From the NCBI GenBank assembly GCA_965223295.1, contig CBDCWC010000002.1:576001-640000 (forward strand): 64,000 bases of DNA, read 5' to 3'. Position 1 is the stretch's first letter. Each line of letters opens with the position of its first letter. Source of the stretch: Nitrospirales bacterium. Lineage in GTDB: Bacteria; Nitrospirota; Nitrospiria; Nitrospirales; UBA8639. Under the pieces are notes generated by a model. That model saw only the letters and a program-made list of their open reading frames with translations. It was not told the origin of the DNA and did no database searches. Shown here in pieces: positions 22,450 to 34,963 of the stretch. The translations under genes were made by a program, and so were the position numbers.

Positions 22450-22866
22450 ATGGTGAACGGGAGGGCTTCTATGCGACATACGCTTCTACAAAAATTGATG
22501 CGCCAATGTGCTATAGGGATAATGGTTGGTTGTCTGTGGTTAAGTTTTGGTACTGCTCCGGCTTTGGCTGAGGGAGGTGATGTGAAGAGTAATTCGGAGC
22601 AGGGAACCGACAATCTGGCAAAACAAATCACTGATTTAGATGGTCAGATTCAGAAACTACGTGAACAAAGCTTGGCTCTACAAGAAAAAACCAAGGCCAA
22701 ACTCCAGCAACAATTAGAGATCTTAAAAAAACAGCGAGATACCTTGGTTCCTCGAATTGAAAAGTTGAGGGACAACAGCGAACTGGCTTGGCAGGATATT
22801 AAGGAGAATATTCAAAGAGCCATTCAAGATCTGAAGACCTCTGTTGAGACGATAGAGAAAAAATAG
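22450..22866 (+). CDS. secreted coiled-coil hypothetical protein
   Basis: signal peptide ending PALA, followed by heptad helices (AWQDIKENIQRAIQDLK); start may be 22471. Confidence 0.7.
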   Translation: MVNGRASMRHTLLQKLMRQCAIGIMVGCLWLSFGTAPALAEGGDVKSNSEQGTDNLAKQITDLDGQIQKLREQSLALQEKTKAKLQQQLEILKKQRDTLVPRIEKLRDNSELAWQDIKENIQRAIQDLKTSVETIEKK

Positions 22867-22956
22867 GGTTCTCGCTCCTTACGCAATTTCCCTTGCCTTT
22901 TGCCTTCTTCCCGTTATGCTTCGTGGCTAACGTGCCACAGACCTAATTTCTCTTTA

Positions 22957-23096
22957 GGGCACCTCTAAAAACCGATGATTTTTTCCGAGGGCAAGGAAGC
23001 GGCGCGCGGAAAACCGCAGTGTATGGGCCAATACATGAGGATTTGAGCACGCGGCTGACGCGGCCCTCGGGAAAGGACAGTTTTTAGAGGTGCCCT
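22957..23096 (+). mobile_element. MITE family B copy 1 (~140 bp)
   Basis: terminal inverted repeats GGGCACCTCTAAAAAC / GTTTTTAGAGGTGCCC, TTA on both flanks; closely similar copy at 31540. Confidence 0.85.
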
Positions 23097-23155
23097 TTAG
23101 TATTCCTCCCTCTCAGGGTTGCGCTCTCTCTTCACTCTTTTTACACTCCGCATCT

Positions 23156-25564
23156 ATGGCCGACCATTCTCTTATTCAACAGACTGAACAAGTCTTGGAA
23201 TGGCAGCAGTTACTTGATGCTGTTGCTAAAGAAGCAACATCAGGCATGGGAGCCGAACTCTGCCGAGGGCTTGTTTGTGTGCGTGACCTTGAATCCGCAC
23301 GGGCACAACAACAAGAAACATTTGAAATGCTTCAGAGCTTTGAACTGACTTCTTCCCTTCCAGCATTGAATTTCCCAGATGTTCGTCCTCTTCTGGCACG
23401 TGTCGCCAAAGGTGGTTTCTTGGAAGGTTTGGATTTGCGAGATATTTCTGTTGTGTCAACTATCAGTCAACATGCGAAGCAATGGTTAGACGGACATCAG
23501 GAAGCGTATCCGACGATGTGGAAACGGTTTGCTCAATTCCAGGATCTGTCCTTCGTGCGCCAAACCATTGATCATTGTATTGATGCTCAAGGACATTTGC
23601 GAGAATCGGCTAGTCCACTACTGAACGAATTAACACAAAAAAGTCAAAATCTTCGTCAGGCTATGCGCCGGCGCTTGGAACAATTGCTGGCTGGCCAACA
23701 ATATGAAGAGCAACTGCAAGGTCAGTATTTTGCTGAACGTGAAAACCGGTATGTCATTCCCGTGAAATCTGAACGGCAGCACGAGGTGGATGGCATTATC
23801 CACGATATTTCTAGTAGTGGCGCGACGGTTTTCATTGAACCACGAAATTTAATCGAATTGAATAATGCCATTAAGTTTGCTGACTTGCAAGTTGCTCAAG
23901 AGACACGTCGTATTCTTCAGGACCTTTCAGATATGGTCTCAGGATCTGTTGCACCTATTCAGGAAAACTTTGAATTACTGGCTGAGTTGGATTGTCTCGT
24001 CGCCAAAGCGCGGCTCAGTCGAAAAATTGAAGGAGTACCCGTTCATCTGAACCAGGAGAATAAGATACACCTGATTCAAGCCAACCATCCGCTCTTGCGG
24101 TTAACGAAAGATGGAGTGGTAGCCAATACCATCCATATCGATGAAAATGTCCATACACTTATCATTTCGGGCCCGAATGCTGGAGGGAAAACGGTTACGC
24201 TGAAAATGGTGGGGGTCGCAGCTTTGATGGTCAAAGTTGGTTTGTTGTTACCCTGCGCACCCCATTCTGATATGGCTTTTTTTGATCGAGTGTTTGCGGA
24301 TATTGGCGACACTCAAGACTTAAGCCGTGACCTCTCTAGTTTTTCAGGCCATATTCTCTCTCTCATTACTCTCTTGGACAATCTGCGATCCTATCATCAT
24401 GATGCGCAGCATTCTTCGTTGGTTCTGTTAGATGAAGTGGGGAGTTCGACGGACCCAATCGAAGGCGCTGCCCTGGCAGAAGCGATCTTACGCCGTTTAA
24501 GTGATCTTGGGTGTATCAGTTTGGTGACGACCCATTATCCCTCTTTAAAAACATTGGCCTATCGGAATTTGCATGTGCGTAATGTTAGTCAGGAATTTGA
24601 TATGGAGCGTCTTTTGCCCACCTATCGATTGATTGATGGGATTCCAGGCGGGTCTTCGGCACTAGATATTGCCGATCGATTGGGATTAGAAGCCGAGATT
24701 CTTCTCCATGCGCGAGGACTAATTGAACGAGATGATCAGGATCTTGACCATATTCTTCAACAACTTCAACATAGTTATGCTCAGTTAGAGGAAGAGCGTT
24801 CTGACGCTCAGGTGCGCCATCAAGAAGCGCAACGGTTGTTTGATGAAGCGCGGAACATTCGGCAGCAATTGGCCATTCAGGAAAAAGAAGACCGGCAACG
24901 TTATCGTAAACAATGGCAGCGCGAATTTGCAAAAGCCCAACGCGAAGTGAATCACATTGTCGCAACACTCAAAAAAGAAAAAAGCGCAACACAAGTACAA
25001 GCCAGACGTCGGTCGTTGACGCATATTGATAACCATATGAAAGGGCAGTTACCTATTGAGGGTTCTTCCTCCTTCATTCCTCCGAAGTCAGGAGATCGAG
25101 TGGAAATTGACGAACTGGGCACCGTGGGTACTTTACAGGAAGATCCAGAGGGGAAGAAACTTGTCTCGATTCGTGTCGGTGCGCAAACCATAAAAATTTC
25201 TCCCTCGGCAGTCCGTGTGATTTCTTCTTCTCACACAACATCCAAGCACCGATCTCAATCTCAACGAAGCTTTCCCTCCCAGTCTCAGAGTTCAACCGCA
25301 TCTTCAGTGGCAACTGGAGTGTATCAACATGAGCATGATCTGCGAGGCATACGACTTGAAGATGCTTTAGAGAAGACACTGGCGGCCTTGGATCAGGCGC
25401 TCATGGCTGAAGCCAAATACGTGAAAATTATCCATGGGCAGGGTTCTGGTGCCTTAAGAACTGGCATTCGAAAGCTCTGCCAAACCTCACCCTATACTGA
25501 AAGTTATCGAGCGGGCGATCCGGCTGAAGGCGGAGATGGCGTGACAATCATCGAGTTGCGGTAG
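23156..25564 (+). CDS. mutS2: endonuclease MutS2
   Basis: SSSGATVFIEP, GPNAGGKT, LLDEVGSSTDP, TTHY, C-terminal Smr (DLRG...IIHGQGSGAL...GGDGVT); start moved to ATG 23156. Confidence 0.95.
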   Translation: MADHSLIQQTEQVLEWQQLLDAVAKEATSGMGAELCRGLVCVRDLESARAQQQETFEMLQSFELTSSLPALNFPDVRPLLARVAKGGFLEGLDLRDISVVSTISQHAKQWLDGHQEAYPTMWKRFAQFQDLSFVRQTIDHCIDAQGHLRESASPLLNELTQKSQNLRQAMRRRLEQLLAGQQYEEQLQGQYFAERENRYVIPVKSERQHEVDGIIHDISSSGATVFIEPRNLIELNNAIKFADLQVAQETRRILQDLSDMVSGSVAPIQENFELLAELDCLVAKARLSRKIEGVPVHLNQENKIHLIQANHPLLRLTKDGVVANTIHIDENVHTLIISGPNAGGKTVTLKMVGVAALMVKVGLLLPCAPHSDMAFFDRVFADIGDTQDLSRDLSSFSGHILSLITLLDNLRSYHHDAQHSSLVLLDEVGSSTDPIEGAALAEAILRRLSDLGCISLVTTHYPSLKTLAYRNLHVRNVSQEFDMERLLPTYRLIDGIPGGSSALDIADRLGLEAEILLHARGLIERDDQDLDHILQQLQHSYAQLEEERSDAQVRHQEAQRLFDEARNIRQQLAIQEKEDRQRYRKQWQREFAKAQREVNHIVATLKKEKSATQVQARRRSLTHIDNHMKGQLPIEGSSSFIPPKSGDRVEIDELGTVGTLQEDPEGKKLVSIRVGAQTIKISPSAVRVISSSHTTSKHRSQSQRSFPSQSQSSTASSVATGVYQHEHDLRGIRLEDALEKTLAALDQALMAEAKYVKIIHGQGSGALRTGIRKLCQTSPYTESYRAGDPAEGGDGVTIIELR

Positions 25565-26579
25565 GTGATGTCGGAGGTGGTTGATTGTTGAGGGCGATTG
25601 CGATGTTCCGTTGAAAGCCCTCATACTTTGGCCGACGGATCGGACTGCCTTTCGTCATGTTACGGAATTCTTCAGGAGTCTGCGTGGTTAACGTCGACAA
25701 TTGAGGATGAAGGGTCCAAGCAGATGGTTGAAAGCTTGGTTCAACAGTTGGTTGTGCATGGACATTAAACGGGCAAATATCCAGACAATCATCACATCCA
25801 AAAATACGATTCCCCATTTTTTGACGGAGTTCGGCTGGAATGTCGTCAAGCGCACCACGATATTCTATCGTCAGATAAGAAATGCATCGCTCGGCATCGA
25901 CTCGATAGGGTTCAACTATGGCTTGGGTTGGACAGGCTTGAATGCACAATGAACATGATCCACAGAGATCGGTCGCAGGTTCGTCAGGTTCAAATTCCTC
26001 TGTCGTCAGGATTTCGCCTAATAGAAGCCAGGATCCAAACGTGGTCGACACTACATTGGTATGTTTCCCAATCCATCCGATTCCAGCTTCTTGTGCCCAG
26101 GCTTTTTCCATAACAGGTCCTGTATCGACATAACTTCGTGTTTGGATGTCAGGGATCTGTTTGTGAAGAAATTTTTCTAATTGATGTAAGCGGGCTTTCA
26201 TCACATCATGATAGTCCTGTCCCCAGGCATAGCGTGCGATCCGACCAGTATGCAGAGATTCATCAGGATCATGGCCAGTGTAGTAATTCATGCCCACCAT
26301 AATTATGGAACAGCACCCCGGAAGTATTTTAGTTGGATCTGAACGTCGCTGAGGGTCTCGCTCCATCCACGTCATGGTTCCGTGAAAACGTTGTTCCAAC
26401 CAATGTGTTAACCAATTCCAGAGTCTAGAGGGAAGGGGGGCGTCGTCGTGACTAGCCGTAATGGAATCTAATGGCGCAATGGGCTCAAGATTAGGAATAC
26501 GAGCGATGCCGACGGCATCAAAACCTAATTCTCGTGCATGAGCTTTTATTTGGCTGACGAGAGTCGACGTGTAAGCCAT
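25548..26579 (-). CDS. queG: epoxyqueuosine reductase
   Basis: RIARYAWGQDYH, VDTGPVMEK, CGSCSLCIQACPT, RCISYLTIE, FGCDDCLDICP; 17-bp convergent overlap with mutS2. Confidence 0.95.
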   Translation of the reverse strand: MAYTSTLVSQIKAHARELGFDAVGIARIPNLEPIAPLDSITASHDDAPLPSRLWNWLTHWLEQRFHGTMTWMERDPQRRSDPTKILPGCCSIIMVGMNYYTGHDPDESLHTGRIARYAWGQDYHDVMKARLHQLEKFLHKQIPDIQTRSYVDTGPVMEKAWAQEAGIGWIGKHTNVVSTTFGSWLLLGEILTTEEFEPDEPATDLCGSCSLCIQACPTQAIVEPYRVDAERCISYLTIEYRGALDDIPAELRQKMGNRIFGCDDCLDICPFNVHAQPTVEPSFQPSAWTLHPQLSTLTTQTPEEFRNMTKGSPIRRPKYEGFQRNIAIALNNQPPPTSPTATR

Positions 26580-26615
26580 GAGTAAGTCGACTGGCTAGTG
26601 TATGTGGAGGAAATT

Positions 26616-27059
26616 TTAGGGTTGCTGAGGAAAGGCAGGGCTTGCAGATGGCACATTACCCGTGCAATTAAACATGACCGTAAATCTTCCCGTACATTGT
26701 TTGGTTTGACAGGCTTGGCAAGTCCCCACAATAGACGTTTTCCAATCGGTCTTTTGGGTATCAAATTGACACGATGTGGCCCCTCCTTTAGAGGCTTCTG
26801 CCCAGGGTTCGTCATAACCTGGAAATTGGGCCACGGTACATCCATCTAAAATCGGGACTTTACATTCGGCATGTTTATCACCTTTGGCCATTCCAATTGT
26901 GCAATTGGATTCAGTACGTGACTGAGATTCAGCCATACTGATTGGTTGTGTCAGAAACCAAGAGGCACATGTTAATGACAGTCCTAATATGACAGGGTGA
27001 ATAAAGCATGTACGAATGCAATATCTTATAGACTGTATGCAGTGGGATGTTTTAGACAT
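26616..27059 (-). CDS. secreted cysteine-rich hypothetical protein
   Basis: hydrophobic N-terminus followed by a mature region with eight Cys. Confidence 0.6.
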   Translation of the reverse strand: MSKTSHCIQSIRYCIRTCFIHPVILGLSLTCASWFLTQPISMAESQSRTESNCTIGMAKGDKHAECKVPILDGCTVAQFPGYDEPWAEASKGGATSCQFDTQKTDWKTSIVGTCQACQTKQCTGRFTVMFNCTGNVPSASPAFPQQP

Positions 27060-27161
27060 GGTGACCTATTGAAGATAAAAAGAAAAAAATAAAGCCTGTT
27101 AATGATTTGTGAAAAATCGTCTTCACTTATACCATATTATCAAAGCGTGCTGTCAAAAATT

Positions 27162-27740
27162 CTATGACTCTTCATCTTTCATGAAAGGCGCAGGGAGGGC
27201 AGGGGATTTGCTCAGGTCTTGAAACTGACTCATAACCTCTCTTTCCCAAGATTCTTGCGCATCAAAGTCTAACCCATGCTTGGTGTCGGTATCATATTGA
27301 AGATTCAATCTTTGCGCGACCAATTTCGTCAATCGTAACATTTCCCACAAATCATCTTCCTTGCTCATGGAAAGATTGGCTTGACGAACAACCAAGCAAC
27401 TAATGAAATAATGGAGCTGTTCGTGAGCTAAGAGATGTTCTGACATACGCCAAATGCTGCGATTTTTAGGATCAACTAGATCTGGCTTAACCCAGGAATG
27501 GTCGGGATCAAAGGCTATCGACAATCGATGCTCTGCAGGATGTTGATGAAAGCGAATGGCTGTTTCGGCGCCTCGCTGGTCCGTTGGGACTCTTGGGGTA
27601 AAATCGCTCCATTGCAACAATCGATCTGGCTGGCAGGAGGGTATAGGCGACGGGTCAGACACCCAAGTAAGAGTGGGTGTGCAACTTATCGAAATGAGGC
27701 ATAAGGCTAGAGGAGCTATGTGAAGAAATTTTCTAAACAC
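27162..27740 (-). CDS. lipoprotein with HExxH motif (DUF922-like putative zinc peptidase)
   Basis: lipobox-like ISISC, LQWSDF, LLAHEQLHY, YDTDTKHG...Q..W. Confidence 0.7.
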   Translation of the reverse strand: MFRKFLHIAPLALCLISISCTPTLTWVSDPSPIPSCQPDRLLQWSDFTPRVPTDQRGAETAIRFHQHPAEHRLSIAFDPDHSWVKPDLVDPKNRSIWRMSEHLLAHEQLHYFISCLVVRQANLSMSKEDDLWEMLRLTKLVAQRLNLQYDTDTKHGLDFDAQESWEREVMSQFQDLSKSPALPAPFMKDEES

Positions 27741-27779
27741 TATCGAATCTATTGTTTTGCGATTGCCTGTTTAAAATTC

Positions 27780-27968
27780 GGGGCTGTTGAAAAAAGCTGC
27801 CAGCAGCGTTCTCGCCCTTTTCCCGTGCTCACGTCATGCCAGGACGCTCCGCGCGTAAAAATGGCTGCGGCCTTGCTGGACAGCTTTTTTAACCGCCCCG
27901 AACCTGTTGATCGCCCTCGGCTTCTTGGCGAAATATGACTTTCGATATCGTCATGATTCAACACTCCC
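27780..27968 (+). mobile_element. MITE family A copy 4 (189 bp)
   Basis: GGGGCTGTTGAAAAAA...TTCAACACTCCC flanked by AATTC direct repeat (27775-27779/27969-27973). Confidence 0.88.
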
Positions 27969-28010
27969 AATTCAGAAAAATCTGTCGATGAGCTTGTCGA
28001 ACAGATGAAC

Positions 28011-28046
28011 AAAAAAACCCTGGAGAGCAAGCCCTCCAGGGTTTTT
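28011..28046 (-). terminator. intrinsic terminator of groEL
   Basis: AAAAACCCTGGAG-N8-CTCCAGGGTTTTT hairpin with T7 run on the minus strand. Confidence 0.8.
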
Positions 28047-28073
28047 GGTTTCTCAAGATTTGAAATCTGAGAA

Positions 28074-29741
<1,668 letters not shown>

Positions 29742-29794
29742 TCATCTGTAAATGGATATCAATCTTCAATTGGTTATTGAGAATATCAGCACAC

Positions 29795-30106
29795 TTAGTT
29801 TTCAAAGACACCCAAGATATCTTCTTCTTTCAAGATCAAGCAGTCATCGTTTTCAATCTTGATTTTGGTTCCAGAATATTTGTCAAACAGAACTTGATCT
29901 CCGATTTTGACATTTTCCACATCGGCACCAGCGGCTTCAATGGTTCCCCGTTGAGGCTTTTCGCGAGCTGAGTCTGGCACGTAAATGCCACCTGCCGTCC
30001 GCTCTAATTCTTCTGTATACGTCACAAAGACTCGATCTCCAAGGGGACGGAATCCTTTGGCGCTGCTTCCGGCTTTCGTGTCCTTTTTTTCCTTCGTGGC
30101 TGCCAT
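29795..30106 (-). CDS. groS: co-chaperonin GroES
   Basis: PLGDRV, TAGGIYVPDSAREKPQRG, KEEDILG; ATG 30106 with GGAGG RBS. Confidence 0.96.
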   Translation of the reverse strand: MAATKEKKDTKAGSSAKGFRPLGDRVFVTYTEELERTAGGIYVPDSAREKPQRGTIEAAGADVENVKIGDQVLFDKYSGTKIKIENDDCLILKEEDILGVFEN

Positions 30107-30240
30107 GCTTACCTCCTTCAATGGTTTGTGAGCAAATAAATAGAAAAGTGTAGTGAAATGTGAATTGGCATTTTGTTATCGACAAGAACGATCTAACCTG
30201 CGAAATGACTGAAGAGTCTGCTTTCTCGTTCGACGGAGGA

Positions 30241-30269
30241 AAGATAAGTCGAGATGAAATGAAGTCAAG
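30241..30269 (-). promoter_or_regulatory. candidate groESL promoter (sigma-70/RpoH-like)
   Basis: minus strand CTTGACT-N16-TATCTT. Confidence 0.35.
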
Positions 30270-30390
30270 AGGGCGCAGAGAGTTTTTTACCTGGAACCCG
30301 GAAAAAATTGAAATTCTGGGGTTTCTGAGAGAGAAGTCTGCTATAAGAAAAATCGTCCATAATTGAAAATTACGTACTAATAGCTAGGAC

Positions 30391-31449
30391 TTACTTCCTG
30401 AGGTTTTCAAAATCATGAATATCGTTTTTCATAAACTCACGTAATTTCTTAATAATTTTCGTCTCAATCTGACGGCTTCGCTCTTTGGTAATTGAATATT
30501 TTTTGCCTAAGTCTTCTAAGGTGACAGGGGTTTCTGACAACATGCGGTTTCGCAAAATATCTTCTTCCCGCTCTGTGAGACTGCGAGCAAACTCGGCAAG
30601 TTTCTGTCGAAAGAGCACTCTGAGCTGGGTATTTGCCAATTGATCATCCACAGGAGTCTGAACGGCCGGTAGCAAATCATGAAACGTCCCTTCCCCTTCT
30701 TCCGTCATAGGCTGATCTAAAGAAAGTTCCCAACTGCCCAAACGTTGATCCATTTCCACGACATCCCGTTCACGGACATTAAGGCGATCGGCCAAGAGTT
30801 TTGGGTCAGGGATATACCCTTCACGTTCAAGTTTGGCTTTTTCCTTGCGCAAATTATAGAACAGTTTGCGTTGCTCTTGAGTGGTGCCGATTTTGACCAA
30901 TCTAAAGTTATTGAGAAGATAGCGGAGAACAAATGCCCGAACCCACCAGGCGGCGTAGGCGTAAAATCGAACATTTTTTGTGGGGTCAAATTTTTTCATG
31001 GCTTGGAGCAAGCCCACGTTGCCTTCTTGAATCAGGTCCATTTGATCCAGCCCTGCGAGTCCATATTCAGACGCGATTTTTACGCTCACACGTAAATTGG
31101 CTAAAATGAGTTTCACGGCAGCTTCGCGGGTCCCAAGGTATTGATATTCATAAAACAGTTGTAGCTCCTCTTCCTTTGTGAGAAAGGGGTAGCGTCTGAC
31201 TTCTGCTAAGTAACGGCTTAATGTGGTTGTCGGGGTGAGAGCTGTGGACAAGCTGGCCCATGTTGAGGCATCCTTGGGTTCCTGCTTGTCCTCACTTTCC
31301 GAATCTTCCCCGTCGGGGGAAATGTTAACAGGCAAGAGTTCTTCTGTTTGAAAATCTAATTCTTCTAGAGAATCTGAAGATTCATTGCCATTGACCGGAA
31401 CATCAATAACTTTAGGCGAGTCTTTTTTTGAATGTTTTTTTATCTGCAT
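30391..31449 (-). CDS. RNA polymerase sigma factor, RpoH/sigma-32 type
   Basis: region 2 DLIQEGNVGL..YAAWW, RpoH-box-like KIGTTQEQRKLFYNLR, region 4 TLEDLG...ERSRQIE. Confidence 0.88.
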   Translation of the reverse strand: MQIKKHSKKDSPKVIDVPVNGNESSDSLEELDFQTEELLPVNISPDGEDSESEDKQEPKDASTWASLSTALTPTTTLSRYLAEVRRYPFLTKEEELQLFYEYQYLGTREAAVKLILANLRVSVKIASEYGLAGLDQMDLIQEGNVGLLQAMKKFDPTKNVRFYAYAAWWVRAFVLRYLLNNFRLVKIGTTQEQRKLFYNLRKEKAKLEREGYIPDPKLLADRLNVRERDVVEMDQRLGSWELSLDQPMTEEGEGTFHDLLPAVQTPVDDQLANTQLRVLFRQKLAEFARSLTEREEDILRNRMLSETPVTLEDLGKKYSITKERSRQIETKIIKKLREFMKNDIHDFENLRK

Positions 31450-31539
31450 CGGTTGAGATTACTTTTTGTTCAAAAGGTTCTTAAGATATTGTAATGAATT
31501 TTTTGTCCATGACCAAATGTCTCCTGTGAAGACGATTAA

Positions 31540-31681
31540 AGGGCACCTCTAAAAACTGAAGATTTTTTCTGAGGGCAAGAAAGCAGCGCGCGGAAAACCG
31601 CAGTGTATGGGCCAATACATGAGGATGTGAGCACGCTGCCTACGTCGCCATCGGGAAAAAGAACAGTTTTTAGAGGTGCCC
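31540..31681 (+). mobile_element. MITE family B copy 2 (~142 bp)
   Basis: same GGGCACCTCTAAAAAC terminal inverted repeats; TAA on both flanks. Confidence 0.85.
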
Positions 31682-31851
31682 TAAAGACAGAATATGGGAA
31701 CCGCAAAGTGTATGGGAACTCCCCCTATTCCCTATATTTATGGAAAAATTTTAAAAAAATAGCTGATTTTTGCTACTGACTAAATGCTATAGCGATTGGT
31801 TAGTCAATCATGCCTTATTATTTCATCACATACTTTAAGTTCTGATCGAAT

Positions 31852-33081
31852 ATGTTGAAAGAGGGATTACATGCCTTACGAGCAGGTCATTGGCCTAGTC
31901 TACTTGGTGCATGGCTGCATTTTGAAGTAAGTTTTATGGTTTGGCTCCTGATTGGAGCATTGAGCATTCCCATCTCAGAAGATTTTGGGCTTTCTGCTTT
32001 TCAAAAAGGCCTTTTAGTTGGCATTCCTTTGTTGGGAGGTTCGTTACTCAGGATTGTAGTTGGGCCTTTAGGCGATTGGGCTGGAGCAAAAACAGCAGGG
32101 TTGGCCATTTTGGGACTTGAAGCGGCAGCACTACTTTTGGGCTGGCAATGGGCAACCAGCTTCGAGAGCATTATCATGGTTGGGCTCCTCTTGGGAATTG
32201 CCGGAGCAAGTTTTGCTATTGCCCTCCCACTCGCGAGCCAAGCCTATCCCCCTGCTCATCAGGGTCTGGCCATGGGTGTTGCGGCCGTCGGTAACAGCGG
32301 GGTGTTGCTGGCCTCGCTTTTGGCACCCCGTTTAGCTGCCTTATTTGGGTGGCAGCACGTATTCGGATTGATGCTGGTACCTGTTCTCGGGACGGGTGTT
32401 GTGTTTTTTCTGTTAGTGAAGTCTTCGTTATCGCCATGTGAGAGTCAAATAAATAGGGGAATATTTACATTTTCCACATTTCTCTCCGAAGGACTACGGC
32501 ATAAATCAATGTACTGGTTATGTGGGTTGTATGCTGTCACGTTTGGAGGATTTGTGGGCCTTTCGAGTTATCTTCCTATTTTCTTTCATGATCAGTTTCA
32601 GTTGGATATGGTCAGAGCAGGAACCCTGACAGCTCTCATTGCCCTAGCAGGTAGTGTGGCACGGCCAATTGGAGGTTATCTGGCTGATCGCCTAAGTGGG
32701 ATCACACTTCTTCCAAGCCTTTTTGTAATCATTGTGATTTTATGTTGGATCTCAGGGCAAGTTTCGACCATTGGCGGAACGCTCCTCCTTATTTTTGGAA
32801 TCATGCTCTGCTTGGGATTTGGGAATGGAGTGGTATTTCAAGTGGTCTCGTCTCGATTTCAGGGTATGATGGGTACGGCTTCTGGTTTCATTGGAGCTGC
32901 TGGGGGCTTAGGCGGATTTTTGCTGTCTACGTGTTTTGGGTGGTTGAAAGATCTGAATGGCACATTTTCGGCAGGATTTTATGCCTTGGGTTTCGTTTCG
33001 GGAATTGCAGCAATTAGTGTTATGATAGTCCAGCGTTCAACTCGTTTCAGACAATCAAAGTCGATTTCTTCGGAGGCTTAA
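31852..33081 (+). CDS. NarK/NasA-family nitrate/nitrite MFS transporter
   Basis: about 12 hydrophobic segments, [49 protein letters not shown]. Confidence 0.88.
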   Translation: MLKEGLHALRAGHWPSLLGAWLHFEVSFMVWLLIGALSIPISEDFGLSAFQKGLLVGIPLLGGSLLRIVVGPLGDWAGAKTAGLAILGLEAAALLLGWQWATSFESIIMVGLLLGIAGASFAIALPLASQAYPPAHQGLAMGVAAVGNSGVLLASLLAPRLAALFGWQHVFGLMLVPVLGTGVVFFLLVKSSLSPCESQINRGIFTFSTFLSEGLRHKSMYWLCGLYAVTFGGFVGLSSYLPIFFHDQFQLDMVRAGTLTALIALAGSVARPIGGYLADRLSGITLLPSLFVIIVILCWISGQVSTIGGTLLLIFGIMLCLGFGNGVVFQVVSSRFQGMMGTASGFIGAAGGLGGFLLSTCFGWLKDLNGTFSAGFYALGFVSGIAAISVMIVQRSTRFRQSKSISSEA

Positions 33082-33136
33082 GGACAGTAGTGCAAAGGTC
33101 GCCGTATTTCACATCAAACTGAGCGGCACAGCAGAG

Positions 33137-34366
33137 ATGCCTATGAAAAAACCATCAATACCCGATACCCAATTCCATAGTATTGGGGAAGCCCTTAATG
33201 ACATTCAAGCCGGCAAGTGCGTGGTCTTAGTTGATGATGAAGATCGCGAAAATGAAGGGGACTTAGTATTAGCCGCCGAATTAGTGACTCCGGATGCGGT
33301 AAACTTTATGGCAAAACATGGCCGTGGCTTGATTTGCCTAGCCTTAACACCTGAACGCGTAGAGGCCCTCAAGCTTCCTCCTCAATCCCAAGAAAATACC
33401 GCAACGTTTGGAACGGCCTTTACGGTGTCTATCGATGCCGCCAAAAATATTACCACTGGCATTTCCGCTGCTGATCGATCAACAACGATTAAATTGGCCG
33501 TCTCTCCTGAAGCCAAGCCCAGTGATTTTGCAAGACCAGGCCATGTCTTTCCCCTCAAGGCGCATAAGGGTGGAGTGCTCCGCCGTGCTGGACAAACGGA
33601 AGGGTCTGTGGATCTGGCTCGATTGGCTGGACTCTCCCCAGCTGCCGTTATTTGTGAAATTATGAATGATGATGGCACGATGGCTCGCGTCCCTGAACTG
33701 ATGAAGTTTGCGGCGCAGCATCAATTAAAGATCATTACCATCAAAGATCTGATTCAATACCGCTTGCATCGTGAGACCTTTGTCAAGGAAGTGGTTCGAG
33801 CCAATCTTCCAACAACCTTTGGGCAGTTTAACGCTGCGGTTTTTGAGAATGAACTGGATGCAGGAACGCATGTCGCCTTGCTCAAAGGGGAAATTGATGG
33901 GAGCCCCACAATGGTTCGCGTTCATTCCGGATGTCTGACGGCTGATGTATTTGGATCATTACGGTGTGATTGTCGAGAGCAGTTGCATCAAGCCATGGAA
34001 CTTATTGAGAAAGAAGGCAAAGGTGTGTTGCTCTATTTGAATCAGGAAGGCCGTGGCATTGGTTTGACCAATAAAATTAGAGCCTACGATCTTCAAGACC
34101 AAGGCAGCGACACAGTAGAAGCCAATCTGCAATTGGGGTTTAAGCCCGATTTACGGGATTATGGAATTGGTGCACAAATCTTGGTAAATTTGGGCCTTAA
34201 AAAAATCCGTCTCATCACGAACAATCCTCGAAAGATTGTGGGAATTGAGGGATATGGGCTGGAAGTTGTCGAACGAGTGCCTATTGAAATTACGCCTCAA
34301 GAATCCAATGTGCATTATTTGCGGACCAAAAAAGCCAAATTAGGCCATCTCCTGAATAATGTCTAA
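33137..34366 (+). CDS. ribBA: bifunctional DHBP synthase / GTP cyclohydrolase II
   Basis: [48 protein letters not shown]. Confidence 0.97.
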   Translation: MPMKKPSIPDTQFHSIGEALNDIQAGKCVVLVDDEDRENEGDLVLAAELVTPDAVNFMAKHGRGLICLALTPERVEALKLPPQSQENTATFGTAFTVSIDAAKNITTGISAADRSTTIKLAVSPEAKPSDFARPGHVFPLKAHKGGVLRRAGQTEGSVDLARLAGLSPAAVICEIMNDDGTMARVPELMKFAAQHQLKIITIKDLIQYRLHRETFVKEVVRANLPTTFGQFNAAVFENELDAGTHVALLKGEIDGSPTMVRVHSGCLTADVFGSLRCDCREQLHQAMELIEKEGKGVLLYLNQEGRGIGLTNKIRAYDLQDQGSDTVEANLQLGFKPDLRDYGIGAQILVNLGLKKIRLITNNPRKIVGIEGYGLEVVERVPIEITPQESNVHYLRTKKAKLGHLLNNV

Positions 34367-34456
34367 AAGGGGGCTTGCAGTTCCCTTATGTAAGTGGTAC
34401 ACAATCCTATCTCTGTTTTCTAAGAGAACACAGTCGCGAAGGACACACCTAACAGA

Positions 34457-34954
34457 GTGAAGACTTTTGAAGGAAAGCTGGATAGCACAGCTTATTCCGT
34501 CGGTGTTGTTGTCAGTAAGTTTAACGAATCTGTCACCAGTCGTTTATTGGCCGGAGCCACTGAGACTTTACGGCAACTAGGCGTGGATGATGAGCAGATG
34601 ACGCTTGTTTATGTGCCGGGAGCCTTTGAATTACCCCTGGCGGCCAAAGTCTTGGCGCAATCTCAGCAAGTTGATGCAGTCATCTGTTTGGGCGCAGTGA
34701 TTCAGGGTGAGACAGCCCATTTTGAGTACATTAGCCAAGAAATGAGTCGTGGCCTCGGGTCTGTGGCTTTGGAAACAGGGATTCCAGTTATTTTTGGTGT
34801 CCTCACAACGAATAATGTTGAACAAGCCATGGAACGTTCTAGTTCTTCTGAGCGGAATAAAGGCGCTGATGCAGCGCGGACCGCTATTGAAATGATTTCT
34901 CTTCTTAAGGAATTACGCAATGCTAATACTCGCCAGTCTGGATTTTTACGATAA
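34457..34954 (+). CDS. ribH: 6,7-dimethyl-8-ribityllumazine synthase
   Basis: VPGAFELP, ICLGAVIQGET.HF, PVIFGVLT, NKG. Confidence 0.96.
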   Translation: MKTFEGKLDSTAYSVGVVVSKFNESVTSRLLAGATETLRQLGVDDEQMTLVYVPGAFELPLAAKVLAQSQQVDAVICLGAVIQGETAHFEYISQEMSRGLGSVALETGIPVIFGVLTTNNVEQAMERSSSSERNKGADAARTAIEMISLLKELRNANTRQSGFLR

Positions 34955-34963
34955 CTTCCACTC

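Noticed and set aside
23090-23155. N-terminal extensions from the ORF track (mutS2 from 23090, trpB from 6138, trpE from 11231, EF-G from 52517)
   Set aside because: Extensions start inside a MITE end, the neighbouring gene, a terminator or upstream of a good RBS; downstream ATGs fit the family N-termini better
33082-33136. FMN riboswitch before ribBA
   Set aside because: The spacer is only about 55 bp and has no RFN consensus
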